The notes beneath the pieces are model-generated. The model was not told the DNA's origin and searched no databases. It saw only the letters and a list, made by a program, of their open reading frames with translations. A stretch of 63,024 bases of DNA, filler included, from Welwitschia mirabilis (Eukaryota): the NCBI GenBank assembly GCA_051453625.1. It is 6 parts of one record of this genome, joined end to end, with 100 filler letters (N's around TTAATTAATTAA, not from the genome) between each part and the next. Parts side by side here need not be neighbours in the genome. Positions count along the whole stretch, not along the records: positions 14,241 to 42,424 come from JBOZIK010000001.1; 5 more parts are not named here. One strand, 5' to 3'. Each line of letters opens with the position of its first letter. Position 1 is the stretch's first letter. Positions 26,059 through 39,208 of the stretch are shown here, piece after piece. A program made the position numbers and the translations under genes.

Positions 26059-26879
26059 AAGGTTTTATTAGTCCTTTAATAAATAAAAAAGTATATACAA
26101 AACAGAGAAATAGAGATTTAGGGTAGGGATGTTTAAAACACGAAATTCCTAAAGGATAGTTCACCCTTAGCACATTCAAAGTACAATAAGCTCAATAAAG
26201 TAGAAGTCATATATTCATGTGTTGTAATTTTAGTGTTTTACAACTGCCCTTACTTTTTAAACTCAAAATTAGCCCTTTTAATCCTAACAATTGCATAAAT
26301 GTGATCATGATTCTTCTAGCTTATGTTAATAACTTTATATTCTATAGAACATGAACCTCTTACAAAAAATCCATGAAGTTCTATACAAGAACTCATCATT
26401 GAGCAAATTATTTTTTGAAAATCTAACCTGTTTACTTTGATTACTTTCATCTCTTCATTTCTTGGGAGATTTTCTCCTACTAGAAACTTCCTTCAACTCT
26501 TTATTACTATACTCTCCAAAATGCATCATTTACATTTGACTTAAGTAGAGATCCATTTCGTCAGATATTTTATTTGACTTTTTAATACAATCATTTTGCT
26601 CAAAACTTAGCTTAGAACATTTTTACTATAAACTCATAAGAGTATTATAATATGGATGATTACTTTTCTCATGGAGAGGGCTCAATGAGAGTCATTAATA
26701 ACTAGAGAGTTCTTAATGAAGGTCGTTGAACCTATTATGATGATTACTCTTCTTACTAGAAGATCTCTTTGATTTTTTTTCTTTTTGATATTCTAGTCCC
26801 CTTTCTACAAGTTTTAATATCAAATGCTAGAGTTTGTCTTAAAAATTTTACATGAAGCTAACTTGCCATAAATTTGAAA

Positions 26880-27340
26880 GCATGATAAAACATGATATAG
26901 CATGAAAACACAAGAGGATGCAAAATGTAAAAGTGATAGGCCTGACTCCTGCTTAATATAGGTAAAGACATATACTTTCAATTGCATTAGTTTTACATAA
27001 TTAAGAAGTTAACTTGATCATGAACTGAAACTAAAATACATGGAACTAAAGATTTTTCATACTATGCTAGTGCTAATAAAAAATCTGAATTAGATGTTAA
27101 TAAGATGTAAATTCAAAAAAAAATACTGAGCTAAAGCTCATATCATATATGTTGACATGGTTCGGATAATGTGGAACTGATATTGTAGTGTAAATCATCA
27201 ATAACAAAGAGGGATCATCGAGAATGAGTTTAAGTGGAATGATGATGTAATGGAAAGACATATTTAAGTGGTGATCACTTTCTATAAACTAGGCTTAATG
27301 AGAGTTATTAAGAATTCTCAAGTTCTTGACAAGGACCATT
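26880..27340 (-). repeat. Dispersed repeat shared with 40549-41050 (+), family unassigned
   Basis: Reverse complement aligns, e.g. CACTTAAATATG and TTTACCTAT blocks. Confidence 0.65.
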
Positions 27341-27546
27341 AAATCCATGGAGGCACTCGAAAGAATTCAAAGATGGTCACCGAGAACTCAAGAATTCTCA
27401 ACAACATCATTTGAATTATAACCATTATTATTATAAAAGTAAGTAATAATGAAAAAAAAAAGTCTTCTGATAGAGTTACAGTGGTAAGATGTGGGGGCAT
27501 TAAGAATGAAACCTTCCTATTTTAGGAGTAAGTTTAAAAGAAAAAC

Positions 27547-27950
27547 TTGGCTTGAAATTAGATCTAAATCTTCAGCATTGAGCTGGTATTAGTCAACTTT
27601 TAGGACTTACTTACCCATGGTCTAGCTTGAAATCCAATTCAAAGTTCTAACTTTGGATCAACATCAATTGATTAGGCAATTTTCTTTCTTTTGTATAGAG
27701 TAAAGAAGTCATTAGATTGGCTTGAAATCCAACTTAAAGTTTTAACTTCAAGTTGATATCAGTTAATCATAAGATTTTATTTAATTATAGGTTTCAAAGT
27801 ATAAGAAGATCAATAATTTGACTTAAGATCTACCTCAAAGTTTTGACTTTGAGTTGTATTAGCCAAAAGATTCAAGTTCTCTTCACAATGTTTTAATATA
27901 AAATTTAACTTAAAGTTTTGGCTTTAGTATTAGTATCAATTAATCAAGTG
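27547..27950. repeat. Degenerate tandem array of a ~50-bp core spaced 75-100 bp
   Basis: TTGGCTTGAAATCCAACTTAAAGTTTTAACTT-like core at ~27547, 27622, 27717, 27818, 27894 and weakly 28195. Confidence 0.65.
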
Positions 27951-29831
27951 ATCCTTTTAATTTCAAGGCCCATTTTATGTTAGAAAATAAACATTGATAA
28001 CTTTCATTTCTTATTCTTCCTTTAAAAAACTAAAATAAAATCTTCTCTAAGATATAGCTAAAAAAGAATTTTTGTTTTTTGCTTAAAATTATTTTTATGG
28101 TTTTTTATAATTATCTGGTACTATAGCTTATGATTTCAAAATTCAATGGACTCCTGTAATAGTGTGTAGTTTGGGAAATCTAAACTAATCATAAATTAAT
28201 TTGAAGTTCTGACTTGAGGTTAAATCTTTGGTCAGCTTAGGATCCTTTAAATTCAAACTTGCTTTAAGATTTATGCTAATACTTGGCATACTTTAACTAT
28301 TAGCAAAATAGGTATACTACTTTTACATAATCCTTTACTTAAATACTAAACACATGTGTAGCAGATAACTTAATATAAATTACACTTATCAAGCATGATA
28401 GTAAGACTTGTGCTATAAATCTTATTCTTTACATGCTAATCATTCATTACTCTTTATCTAAGCTTAAGAATTTTTTCACTTAATCATTCTTTACTCTTTC
28501 TCATCTTTTCTTTATTAATCCTTATGGCTTGTACTCCTCCTGCTTCTCTCATTATTGCCTCTGGTGTTAAGAAGGTAAATCGTTATTTTTTTAACTTGGA
28601 TTCTACATAGATAAATATATGCATTAGTAGTATAGATCCCTAGTCACCTTAAGTCTATGTTAAGTCTAAAAATATGGTAAAAAAGTATTCTTACTATGAT
28701 TACGAATCCACTACTAAGGTCTTGGACATCTTAAATTCCTTTATCACTAAGGCTAGTAAAGAATATTTTGAAAGTGGTAGTATTCCCCCAAGTTTTGATC
28801 CCCATGATCCATCACTTAGTGGGTGAGTATCTAAGGATGAGAATCAAGGAACTATGTTGAAAACTCAATTATGGGGATTTGGCTTGAGATTTCTATTTGG
28901 GTGTGCTAGCTAGGAAAATGTAGATGCTATAGAAAAGGATTAATCAACTTTAAGATACAAAATCTATTCTTAGCCTTACAACATTAAGTTTTGATAAATA
29001 AAATATAAAGAAGATAATATGGAATGCTAAACCTTATCAAACCTTTTGGTAATCCCACTTAGAGGAGATTAATATGTTGTCAGAATCTCTAGGTGAGATG
29101 CATCTATTTCCCCTGGGTAAGAAATTTGCAGGGTCAACATCTAAGAATAAGCATTCTCACAAGAGAAACAAGTCTTCTAGTCACTATAAAAATTGAGTTG
29201 CTTAAGTTTACAATTTACTTGCTTAGTGATTTGAGAAGTGTTATTATGCTACATCTAAATGTAATAAAATTTTTACTTAATAAAATTTTTGATTTTTATT
29301 TCAAATAAAGTTTCTTATACTCTTTTATTTTATCATGGGTACATCAATTTCATTAAATAAAATTCAAACCAAACAATTTATTAAATTGTTAAGATAATGC
29401 TAAATGATTGTAAAACTTTGAAGCTTTCCCTTAGCTTAAACAGAATTTAATGATTGTACATACTATTGTATTGAAAATATTTGAATACACATTCCATCAT
29501 AGAATAGAATATTTTTCTTTTATTTTTTTTCCTCTTTTGATCCTTTTTTTTTTTTTTTGATTAAATTATGATAGANNNNNNNNNNNNNNNNNNNNNNNNN
29601 NNNNNNNNNNNNNNNNNNNNNNNNNNNNNNNNNNNNNNNNNNNNNNNNNNNNNNNNNNNNNNNNNNNNNNNNNNNATATTTTTATTTTATTTTTTTTCCT
29701 CTTTTTATCCTTTTTTTTTTTTGTTGATTAAATTATGATAGATTTAGAGTTTTGGTAACTAGCTTTGTCTCAGATAAATCTTAGGATACAACTATTTTTT
29801 AACCTTTTTATTTTTCATAACTTAAGTTAAC

Positions 29832-30014
29832 CACAATGAGGAGAGTGAAATCAATATTAGAGGAGTAAGGACCCATAAGATTATTATTTTTTTAATCATA
29901 TATCTAAATTGTGGCCAATTCACTCCTTAGTAAAATTCTCACAGCTATCATATTGCACTGTGAAAAACCCCTCTTAAGAATATTTGTCCTAATAAACTTA
30001 TGACAGAAATTTTG
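29832..30014 (-). other. Conserved putative structured RNA element, copy 3 (with ~28-nt insertion)
   Basis: GAGGAGTAAGGACC, TTCTCACAGCTA and CCCCTCTT..GAATATTTG blocks shared with copy 1; ~300 bp downstream of the pol end. Confidence 0.5.
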
Positions 30015-30299
30015 GAACTTTCTCTCTTTCTCTTATTTCTCTCTCTCTCTTTCTTTTCTTTTTAATTTAAAAGATATTTTATTCTATTATGGAACATGTC
30101 TCTTCAATCTTCTTAAAAAATATAATGCATAGCTTCTTGCTTTATAATCATAACATTTACTTTAAACAATATAGTAAATTGGTAGACTGAATAAATTTTA
30201 AAGAAATAATACATTTTTATTATCTAATTTTGGAATTTATTTTATAAGCAAAGTGAAAGTATTTTTTTCATCCTATTAGGATTTCCTAAATACTTTAGC

Positions 30300-33200
30300 A
30301 TTAATTTATAAACATAATACATTTCTGCTCTTTGCCCATTAACTTGGTAGTTATTTTTTCATCAAGATCATATATTTCTATAGATCCATTTTTAAAATTT
30401 TAGTTATGGTATAGGGTTCTATACATTTTATTTCATATTTTTATTTTAAATGGATTTTATTAGGGTCATAAATTAATATAGAATCCTCCACATTAAAGTT
30501 TGTTTTCTTGATTTTATTATCATGATATATATTATTTTTTTGTTGTATAAGTTCTTTACACAAAAGATCTTCTTCTCCATTTTTATCTAAAATATTTATG
30601 TCTTCTATCCACTCTTTTTAAGCTATATCTAAGTCACATTTTAAATTCTTAGCTAATTGAAATATTTTTATTCTAAATTTAATTGGCACAATAGCCCATT
30701 TTTTATAGACTAATTCATATGGAGTAAATCCTATAATATATTTTTAAGTTATTCTATAAGTCCATAGAGTGTTATTTAATTTTAACCCAATTAATTTTCT
30801 TACTATCTATAACTTTTGTTAATATTTTATTTAGTTCTCTATTAGTTACTTTATCTTGTTCATTAGATAGAGGATAATATGTAGTAGAGAGTTTGAAATG
30901 AATTTTAAACTTGGTCAAAAGTTGTATTCACTAATTAAATGAAACCCTCTATTAGATATAAGACTACAGGGGGATTCAAATTGATAGATAATATTTTTGA
31001 GAAAAAGGTTAACTATTGTTTGGGAAGAATAATTAGTCCTAGCCTTAGCCTTAGCCCATTTAGTGAAGTAACCAACATAGACCAAAATATATCTTTTTCT
31101 AAAGGATGAAGGATTTATAGGCTTAATAAAATCTATTTTCCATACATCGAAATTTTTATTATTTGAATACATTATTGTGTCATTTCTAACTTTTGGCTAA
31201 ATGTACCTTCTCTTTAACATTTATCCCAATCTTGGATATGAATGTTTGAATCCTTGAATATAGTGAGCTAATAGTATCCCATATGCAGAATTTTTATTTC
31301 TATTATTTTGCACCATAATGTCCTCCTCCTTCTCCTTTATGAGCTTCCTTTAATATTTTATTTTATAGGTTTTCTTCTATACATCTTCTCATAACATGAT
31401 TTTTTTATTCTCTAAATAATATCTTATCACACCAAATATAATCTCTAGATTTCCTTAGCAATCTTTTTATTTCATAGTAAGTCATAAAATATGGTAATTT
31501 TTTCCTCATGAAAAATTTAGATATATTAGTGTACCATGGATTTGTTATTATCTAAAAAAGATGTTCATCTAAGAACTCATCTCTTATGTTGATATATTCT
31601 TCATTTGAAAATTATAACCTTCAGAGGCAATCTGTACTACATTTTTTATCCCTTTCCTATCTATAATTTTTAAATTAAAATCTTGCATTAACAATATTCA
31701 TCCATAATTCTTGAGTTTGCTTCTTTATTATTCATCAGAAATCTAATGGTACTATTATCAGTGTGAACTTTTACTTCATAATGTAAAATATAATATTTGA
31801 ATTTTTTTTAATGTCATTACCACTACCAACAAGTCTTTTTCTATTACTGTGTAATTTTGTTGAGCTAGTTTAAAGTTCTTACTAATATAAGTAATGGCAT
31901 AAGTTTTATTATCCTCATCTTTTTATTCTAAAACTACTCTTATATCATGATTAGATGCATCAGTTATAATGTGAAATGGTATTGTGTAAATTGACCCTTA
32001 TAAAATAAGTGCTAATAAAAGTTTATCATTTAAGGTTTGGTAAGCATTTTGACATTCATCAGTTAATTAATATTCTACCTCCTTTTCTAAGGGGTTACTC
32101 AAAGGTTTAGCATATTTACTAAAGTTGGATATGAATCATTTATAATATCTAATATATCTTAGGAAAGATCTCAATTCTTTCAATTTGATTGGCATTAGGA
32201 TATCCTTTATAGCTTTAATTTTGTATTCATCAGTTTTAATCCCTTTTTAAGAATTCTTCTATCCTATAATTATGCCTTCTACCACCATAAAATGACTTTT
32301 GTTTAATTAAGTTTAAGGTGGTTTTCTTCACATCTCTTTAAAAACCTTTCTAGTCTGTTGAGTAACTATTCAAAGTAATTTTCAAGCATTGAGAAATCAT
32401 CCATAAATACTTCAACTAATCTTCCTTTAATATCTTAAAAAATGTTATTTACTAACCTTTGAAAAGTAATGGAAATATTATATAATCCAAATTGTAGTAC
32501 TTTAGAAGCATAAGTACCCCAATGATAAGTGAAAGTTGTTTTAACTTAATTCTTTAAAGCTATAGGAACTTGGTTATGGCCACTATATCCATTTAGAATT
32601 TTATAGTATTGATATTCAGATACTCTTTCTAGAACTTGGTTTATAAATAGAAGAGAAATGTGATCTTTTTTAGTTGTAGTATTTAACATTCTAAAGTCTA
32701 TAAACACTCTTCATTTATTTTCTTTCTTTGGTACAACCATTCTAGCATTAATCCATTCTAAATCATATACAGAATAGAGGAATCCTACATTTAAGAATTT
32801 GAAAATCTCTTATTTAATTATCTCCTACATGTGTGGGTTACATCTCCTTTTTGGTTATTGGCTTGATTTAATATAATTATCTAAATAGGTTTTATGTTAG
32901 CATATTTTTGGATCTATTCCTTTAATATCTATATGATCCCAAGCAAAGTCTTCTATTTTTTTAATCAACATCCTCTTAATTTTCCTTTTTCTGAGAATGA
33001 GTTAAATAACTATTTATGAATAGAGGTCTATTAGGAGTTGCTTTGATATATTCTAATCTTTTCTTAAGTGAAGGCTTTTCTATTTCTTAAGTTGTTACAT
33101 CTTCCTCCTTATATTTCCCTTCATTTTATTTATTTATAACTTCCTATGTTAGAAATGCATTGGTTTTTGCTTTTGTATTTTATAACATTTCTGAAATGAA

Positions 33201-34032
33201 TGCTACATTAAAAAGTTTAATATCTTTTTTAAGATCTCCTATATTGACTTGCATTACCCCTCTTTTAAAATAAATAGTAGCATCTATTGTAGCCCTTCAA
33301 GGTATTTTTAAAATCATTACATAGGTATCTCCTTGAGTCTTCATTACTAATGAATCTATCAAGTAGATGAAACATTAAGGTTTAATGGATACATCCTTTA
33401 GAACTTCTTTAGGTGTGACTGCTGAGCTATGTGCTAAGTACACATTTTTTGATAAGGTATTAACTTTGGTTTTTCCAATTCTTCATAATTTTCATATTTA
33501 TAACATTAATACTTACTCCAAGATCCACAAGTGCTTCTACTTTGAGTTTTCCACCAATTTTTACATCTATCATAGGTGTTCTAGGATCAATGTACTATTG
33601 TTTATTTTAAATAACTTGTGTGAAAGACCAAGAAACTTGATCCTCCCTTACCATTTTAATTCATTTTTCCTTTTTACTATTTTTTTAAAAATACATACTC
33701 TTCATTTTTTTCTAATACCTAGACATATATTTCAAAAACTTTAAAAGAGGTAATGATACTTTTGTATCTTCTAATATATTTATTAAATATTCTATGTTCT
33801 TTTTTACTTTTGGATGTTCTGTTTGTTTACTTCTTATTGAAAAAGGTAAAGAATATATTGAAGCATCATCCACTTTTTTTTTACTCTATTTTTTGCTTTA
33901 TCTAGGGAGTTGCTTAAATTTATATTCTTTCTCTATGATTTATATGTTAACTTTTTGCTTCCTAGATCTAGTAGTTATTAGATTATATTTGCCAATTGAT
34001 GTCAAAATAATTCCTCTGGTGTAGTGCAAATT
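30300..34032 (-). pseudogene. pol: Athila-like gypsy pol remnant, all domains (protease, RT, RNase H, integrase)
   Basis: VVPKKENK*RVFIDFR, EVFMDDF, HIITDAS, FDVWKIDFI...YFTKW, C-terminal QVNGQR. Confidence 0.9.
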
Positions 34033-35168
34033 TGTTAGATATTGTATGCAAATGAGTTTAAGTTATGTAGGTAAAATATGTGGACCAAAATGCATGAAAG
34101 AAATTACTCAATTCTACTTACCTTTAGTGAGGGTCAATTGGATCATAGAGAGATTGACTACATCTGAAGCAGTCACAAAAGAAATAATATAGACCTAGAG
34201 AGACTGACCGGATTATGAAGTGGCTAACCAGACCTGTGACGTAAAGAGCTAGTTTCCCTAAATCAAGAAGAAAGGGGTTGACTAGATATTCATAAAATTA
34301 ACTAGATTTGAGGAACTAACAGTTAAGTCCCTAAATCAATGGAAAGGAATTAACTGCATATTCATGGGATTGACGGGATCTAAGAAGCGAATAGTCCATA
34401 GTTCTAGACTGAGAAACAAGGGGTCGACCATACCCAGGATGGGATCAACCGAGTTCCTATGGAGTCAACCAAATTTTTATGGGGTCAAACAGATGACATG
34501 GAAAAGAAAAAATGGTAGATGTTATATATTTATTCACTAACCATTTTTCTAGCCATTTATAGTCATTGAAAATGTAATTCAATTTGTATTAAACCCTAGT
34601 AATCCTCCATTATAAATATCTAGGCTAGAGATGTCCTAGAGATCTTTTTGAATACTTTTATAAATTGGTATATTCATTGTGGATCTAAAAGATTAAGTGG
34701 CTAATTGATTAACACATCATTGTATTCCATTAGAGAAGAGATCCATTCATTTTACTAATACTGAATGTGTGATATCTGAGATACCATGGCTGCATTACAT
34801 TACATCGATTGTTTTCTGAGGTTAAGACTAAGCTTGAAAAAGTTCATTATCAAGGTTGAAACTTATCTTGTAATAGTCTGATTGTAAGGGTTAACAGGTG
34901 AACCTGGTAAAATCTTTGAAGTAACAAATTTTGAGAGAAGCTGATCATCAAGTGTTGAGTAGGGGAGTTTTTAAACCACTATAAATCCTACGTGCTTCTA
35001 AATTGGTAGTTTCTATTTTATGTTGTACATTTTTTTTATTTCTTATATGTAAGTTCTTGAATTCATCATTCTACATATGATCGGTGATTAGATATCTATA
35101 ATTTATTTGTGAGATTAAGTTTTTGAAAGTACCTATTCACTTTTTCTCTAGGATTCTTGATCCTATCA
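34033..35168 (+). repeat. 5' LTR of a SIRE-like copia element inserted in the gypsy gag-pol
   Basis: TGTTAG...CTATCA termini, GTCGAC-type repeats at 34190-34500, TATAAAT, CCTATTCAC...CTCTAGG near the end. Confidence 0.8.
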
Positions 35169-35170
35169 TT

Positions 35171-35182
35171 TGGTATCAGATC
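35171..35182 (+). promoter_or_regulatory. Primer binding site, initiator tRNA-Met
   Basis: TGGTATCAGA 2 nt after the LTR end. Confidence 0.85.
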
Positions 35183-35232
35183 TTAGATTAGTCTTTATGA
35201 GATCCTAACAGATTTAGACTAAGAACCCTTAA

Positions 35233-37197
35233 ATGAATATTATCTTTGATGAAATTTTTAACATACCCTCCCTGAATACCTGTGTTTTGATCTATTTTTT
35301 CTATATAGAATTTGGATATATGTTCAAAAAAATTGTAGGAAGAAAAGAATCTCAAGGATTAGAGGAAGGAGACAACAAAAATAATCAAGAGCATGATAGA
35401 GAAGGAAGACTCTTGTTTATGGTGTTTGTGCCACCTCTATAAGATGTTTTAAATTCTTTAGTCAGTGATGAGGATGAAGTTGATCTGGAAGATACTTGTG
35501 AAGAATTATATCATGAATGTGAAAAATTAGCCAGAAGGATTAATAACCTAAATAAGGTTGTAAAATCACTCACCAAAGAAAAGAATGAGTTGGAATCAAG
35601 CCTTGAAAAAGTAAAATACAAAAATGCCGATCTCCCTTTGTAGGTAAAAGTTTTATCATATTTTATTAATAATTTTTTTGATGGGTCAGCCATATTGCAA
35701 AAAATGCTTGGAGTTCAAAAAGGGGATATAAACAAATAAGTTGTTGGATTCATTTCAAAGAAACTACAAGCATAGCAAACTGAGGTAACTAATTATGGCA
35801 ATTTTGTTTTAAAACTTACCTGTCATTTTGTGGAAAATCAAAACATTCAAAGTTTATATGCTATGCTAGAAAGTTAATGTTATTTTTAAATTCTGCTAGT
35901 TCTTTTCCATTTAGATTTACTCCTAAGAAAAGTATACCAAATAAGTCTAAAAGGACTATATGGGTAAAGGCTAATGATCTTAAAAGCTTGTTGATTTAGA
36001 CAGCCTTCAAAGTCTCAAATAGCATAAATTGGTATCTTGATAGCAGGTGTTCAAGGCACATGACAAGAGATAAATCAAGTTTTAAACATCTTATCCACTT
36101 TAATGGAGGAGAAGTGATCTTGGAGACAATGGAAGAGAAAAAATTAAAGGCATTAGAAGAATTGGTGAAGGTAACTTTCTTAAAATTAATAAAGATTTAT
36201 ATGTAAGTGGTTTGAAGAATAATTTACTAAACATTAGTAAAATTTGTGATAGAGGTGAGAAAGTAATCTTTAATAAATCAAAATGCAAAATTATATAGGG
36301 AAAATTGAATGATGTGGTACTTAGCACTAGCCAAATAGATAATGTGTATATCATAGATTAATCATATTTTCCTTCTTATTTTTGAATGTTTCTCAAGATG
36401 GATTATGGCATAAACATTTAGGACATGTGAATTATAATCAATTGAAATTAATTATTTGTAAAAATATTGTTAGAAGAATCCTTAAGATAACTATAGAGAA
36501 ATAAGAATTATGTGATGCATGTCAAAAGAGAAAATAAATTATAACCTCTTATAAGAGTAAAACCCATGTTTCTTCCTCAATGTCTCATCCATATGGATCT
36601 AGTTGGATATGTTCAAACTTATATTCTAGGTGGAAAGCATTATTTTCTTATAATGGTTGATGACTATACATATACATGGGTTTCCTTTTTGTCCAACAAA
36701 TCTAAAGCTTACAAGCAGTGGGTTGAGATTTGAAACAAGATCCAAAATAAAAAGGCTTACACCATAAAGAAGATAAGAAATGATCATGATGGAGAGTTTG
36801 AGAACCATCTCTTTAAAAAGTACTACATTAAAAATGATATCGATCATCAATTTTCAGCTCCAAAGACATTATAAAAAAATGGTATAGCTGAAAGGAAGAA
36901 CAAATTTCTTCAAGAAATGGCTCAAACTATGCTAAATGAAAAAGAAGTACCTAAGTTTTTTTGAGCTGAAGCTATTAGCACAGCATGCTACATTATTAAT
37001 AGAGTCTATCTTAAACTAGGTACTAATAAAACATCTTATGAGCTATGAAATGGAAGATAACCAAATGTGTCATATTTTAAGATGTTTGGAACTAAATGTT
37101 ATGTCCTAAAAGATAGGGAACATTTGAGTAAATTTAAATCAAAAGTGGATGAAGTCATCTTTTTAACATACTCAACAAGAAGTAGAGCCTACTGTGT
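35233..37197 (+). pseudogene. gag-pol: Copia gag (partial, Zn knuckle), protease and integrase remnant
   Basis: CCHC-like knuckle at ~35818-35862, WYLDSRCSRHMT, LWHKHLGH, NGIAERKN, YFKMFGTKCYVL. Confidence 0.9.
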
Positions 37198-37297
37198 NNN
37201 NNNNNNNNNNNNNNNNNNNNNNNNNNNNNNNNNNNNNNNNNNNNNNNNNNNNNNNNNNNNNNNNNNNNNNNNNNNNNNNNNNNNNNNNNNNNNNNNN

Positions 37298-37568
37298 CTT
37301 GTGATCTTAAGAACTAATAGTCCCAAACTGAGAGGAATGGGATCAACCAGATATTCATGGGGTCAATCAGATTTGAGGAGCTGATAGTCAAGTCCTAGAC
37401 TGAAAGAAAAGGGGTCAACTAGATTTTCATGGGATCTACCGAATCTAAGAAGCTGACAAAGTCCATAGTTCTAGACCAAGAGATAAGGGGTCGATCGAGT
37501 TCTTATGGGATCGACTAGATATCTATGGGATCGACTAAATAGTACAAAAAAGTAAATCTTGTAAACAN
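37298..37568 (+). repeat. Fragment of the second SIRE-like LTR
   Basis: Same repeat units as 34250-34500; flanked by gaps. Confidence 0.8.
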
Positions 37569-38220
37569 NNNNNNNNNNNNNNNNNNNNNNNNNNNNNNNN
37601 NNNNNNNNNNNNNNNNNNNNNNNNNNNNNNNNNNNNNNNNNNNNNNNNNNNNNNNNNNNNNNNNNNNNNNNNNNNNNNNNNNNNNNNNNNNNNNNNNNNN
37701 NNNNNNNNNNNNNNNNNNNNNNNNNNNNNNNNNNNNNNNNNNNNNNNNNNNNNNNNNNNNNNNNNNNNNNNNNNNNNNNNNNNNNNNNNNNNNNNNNNNN
37801 NNNNNNNNNNNNNNNNNNNNNNNNNNNNNNNNNNNNNNNNNNNNNNNNNNNNNNNNNNNNNNNNNNNNNNNNNNNNNNNNNNNNNNNNNNNNNNNNNNNN
37901 NNNNNNNNNNNNNNNNNNNNNNNNNNNNNNNNNNNNNNNNNNNNNNNNNNNNNNNNNNNNNNNNNNNNNNNNNNNNNNNNNNNNNNNNNNNNNNNNNNNN
38001 NNNNNNNNNNNNNNNNNNNNNNNNNNNNNNNNNNNNNNNNNNNNNNNNNNNNNNNNNNNNNNNNNNNNNNNNNNNNNNNNNNNNNNNNNNNNNNNNNNNN
38101 NNNNNNNNNNNNNNNNNNNNNNNNNNNNNNNNNNNNNNNNNNNNNNNNNNNNNNNNNNNNNNNNNNNNNNNNNNNNNNNNNNNNNNNNNNNNNNNNNNNN
38201 NNNNNNNNNNNNNNNNNNNN

Positions 38221-38620
38221 AGAAGGATGAGTTTTTCAATAGTAGCTAGCTGTTGGAATGCATTTTCATTAGGTTCTCCAGAAAAGGTAGAATAGGCATT
38301 CAAGTCTTTTAACTCTACATCATGTCCAGGGGTAGCTCAAATGTGTTTTGAAGTTTCTTCTTTTCGTTGGCTAACATATCCTGTGATATTAGATGATCCT
38401 GATATTTTAAGTGAAGATTTGTTGAATGCTATAGAGGTAAGAGAATTAGGATGNNNNNNNNNNNNNNNNNNNNNNNGGTTTTTAATCGAACTTAGTTGAT
38501 TTTCAAAAATTTTCAAAGACTTAGAAGTATGCAAACAAGAAATAGTAAATGCATAATAACTATCATGATTAATTAAAGAATTAACTTTTTCTTTCTCATT
38601 TGGAGTTCTTAAGTTAAAGT
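38221..38620 (-). pseudogene. gag: Gypsy gag N-terminal remnant
   Basis: NAYSTFSGEPNENAFQQLATIEKLIL matches NAYPTF*REPDEDPL*YIAEFEQLIL at 13460. Confidence 0.7.
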
Positions 38621-39187
38621 CCAAAAAACCTTAGTTGACTACTTCATTAAGGAAATGTTTTTCATGAGCATATTTACCTTTGTTACTATTTATCATTACC
38701 CTATAAGATCAATTTATATTAAATAAAATTCTTTACATTTAAGTAGTAGTAATATCTAGGATCACTCAAAGGTGTAAGGAGTAGGATATACCAAATCAAT
38801 GTGGCAAACACTTAGATTGCATGAAGGACAAAATGTAGACCAAGTTTGTTACAAATAATAATCAATGTGGTAATCCCTAAGATCACACAGAGTACGAGGG
38901 TTAGAACTAATAAATTGATGAATTAAAATATGAATCCTTCAAATTAAAATTGCACTTGAAAGTAAAAAAAGGAAAATTGCAAAAAACAAAAAATACAATT
39001 TACAAGAAAGAAGATTAAAGTACACTCCAAATGGATAATCAAACAATTACTTGTGGACCAAAAGGTAATTAAGTAATTACAAGTAGATACAAGAGGATAA
39101 AATACAATACTACTCAAATAAACAAATTGAATTAAATTCAAAGTACTTACTTTAGTAATGATAATCTTCCTTTTTCTCTTTAAGTCT

Positions 39188-39205
39188 TCCCTGACAACGA
39201 TGCCA
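39188..39205 (-). promoter_or_regulatory. Primer binding site, tRNA-Asp type
   Basis: TGGCATCGTTGTCAGGGA 3 nt after the LTR end TGCAACA. Confidence 0.8.
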
Positions 39206-39208
39206 AAA

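Noticed and set aside
33385..34024. Plus-strand hydrophobic ORFs as membrane proteins
   Set aside because: Antisense shadows of the purine-rich gypsy gag-pol
37515..38303. Long ORFs in the supplied track containing X runs
   Set aside because: They read through N gaps and are not real ORFs
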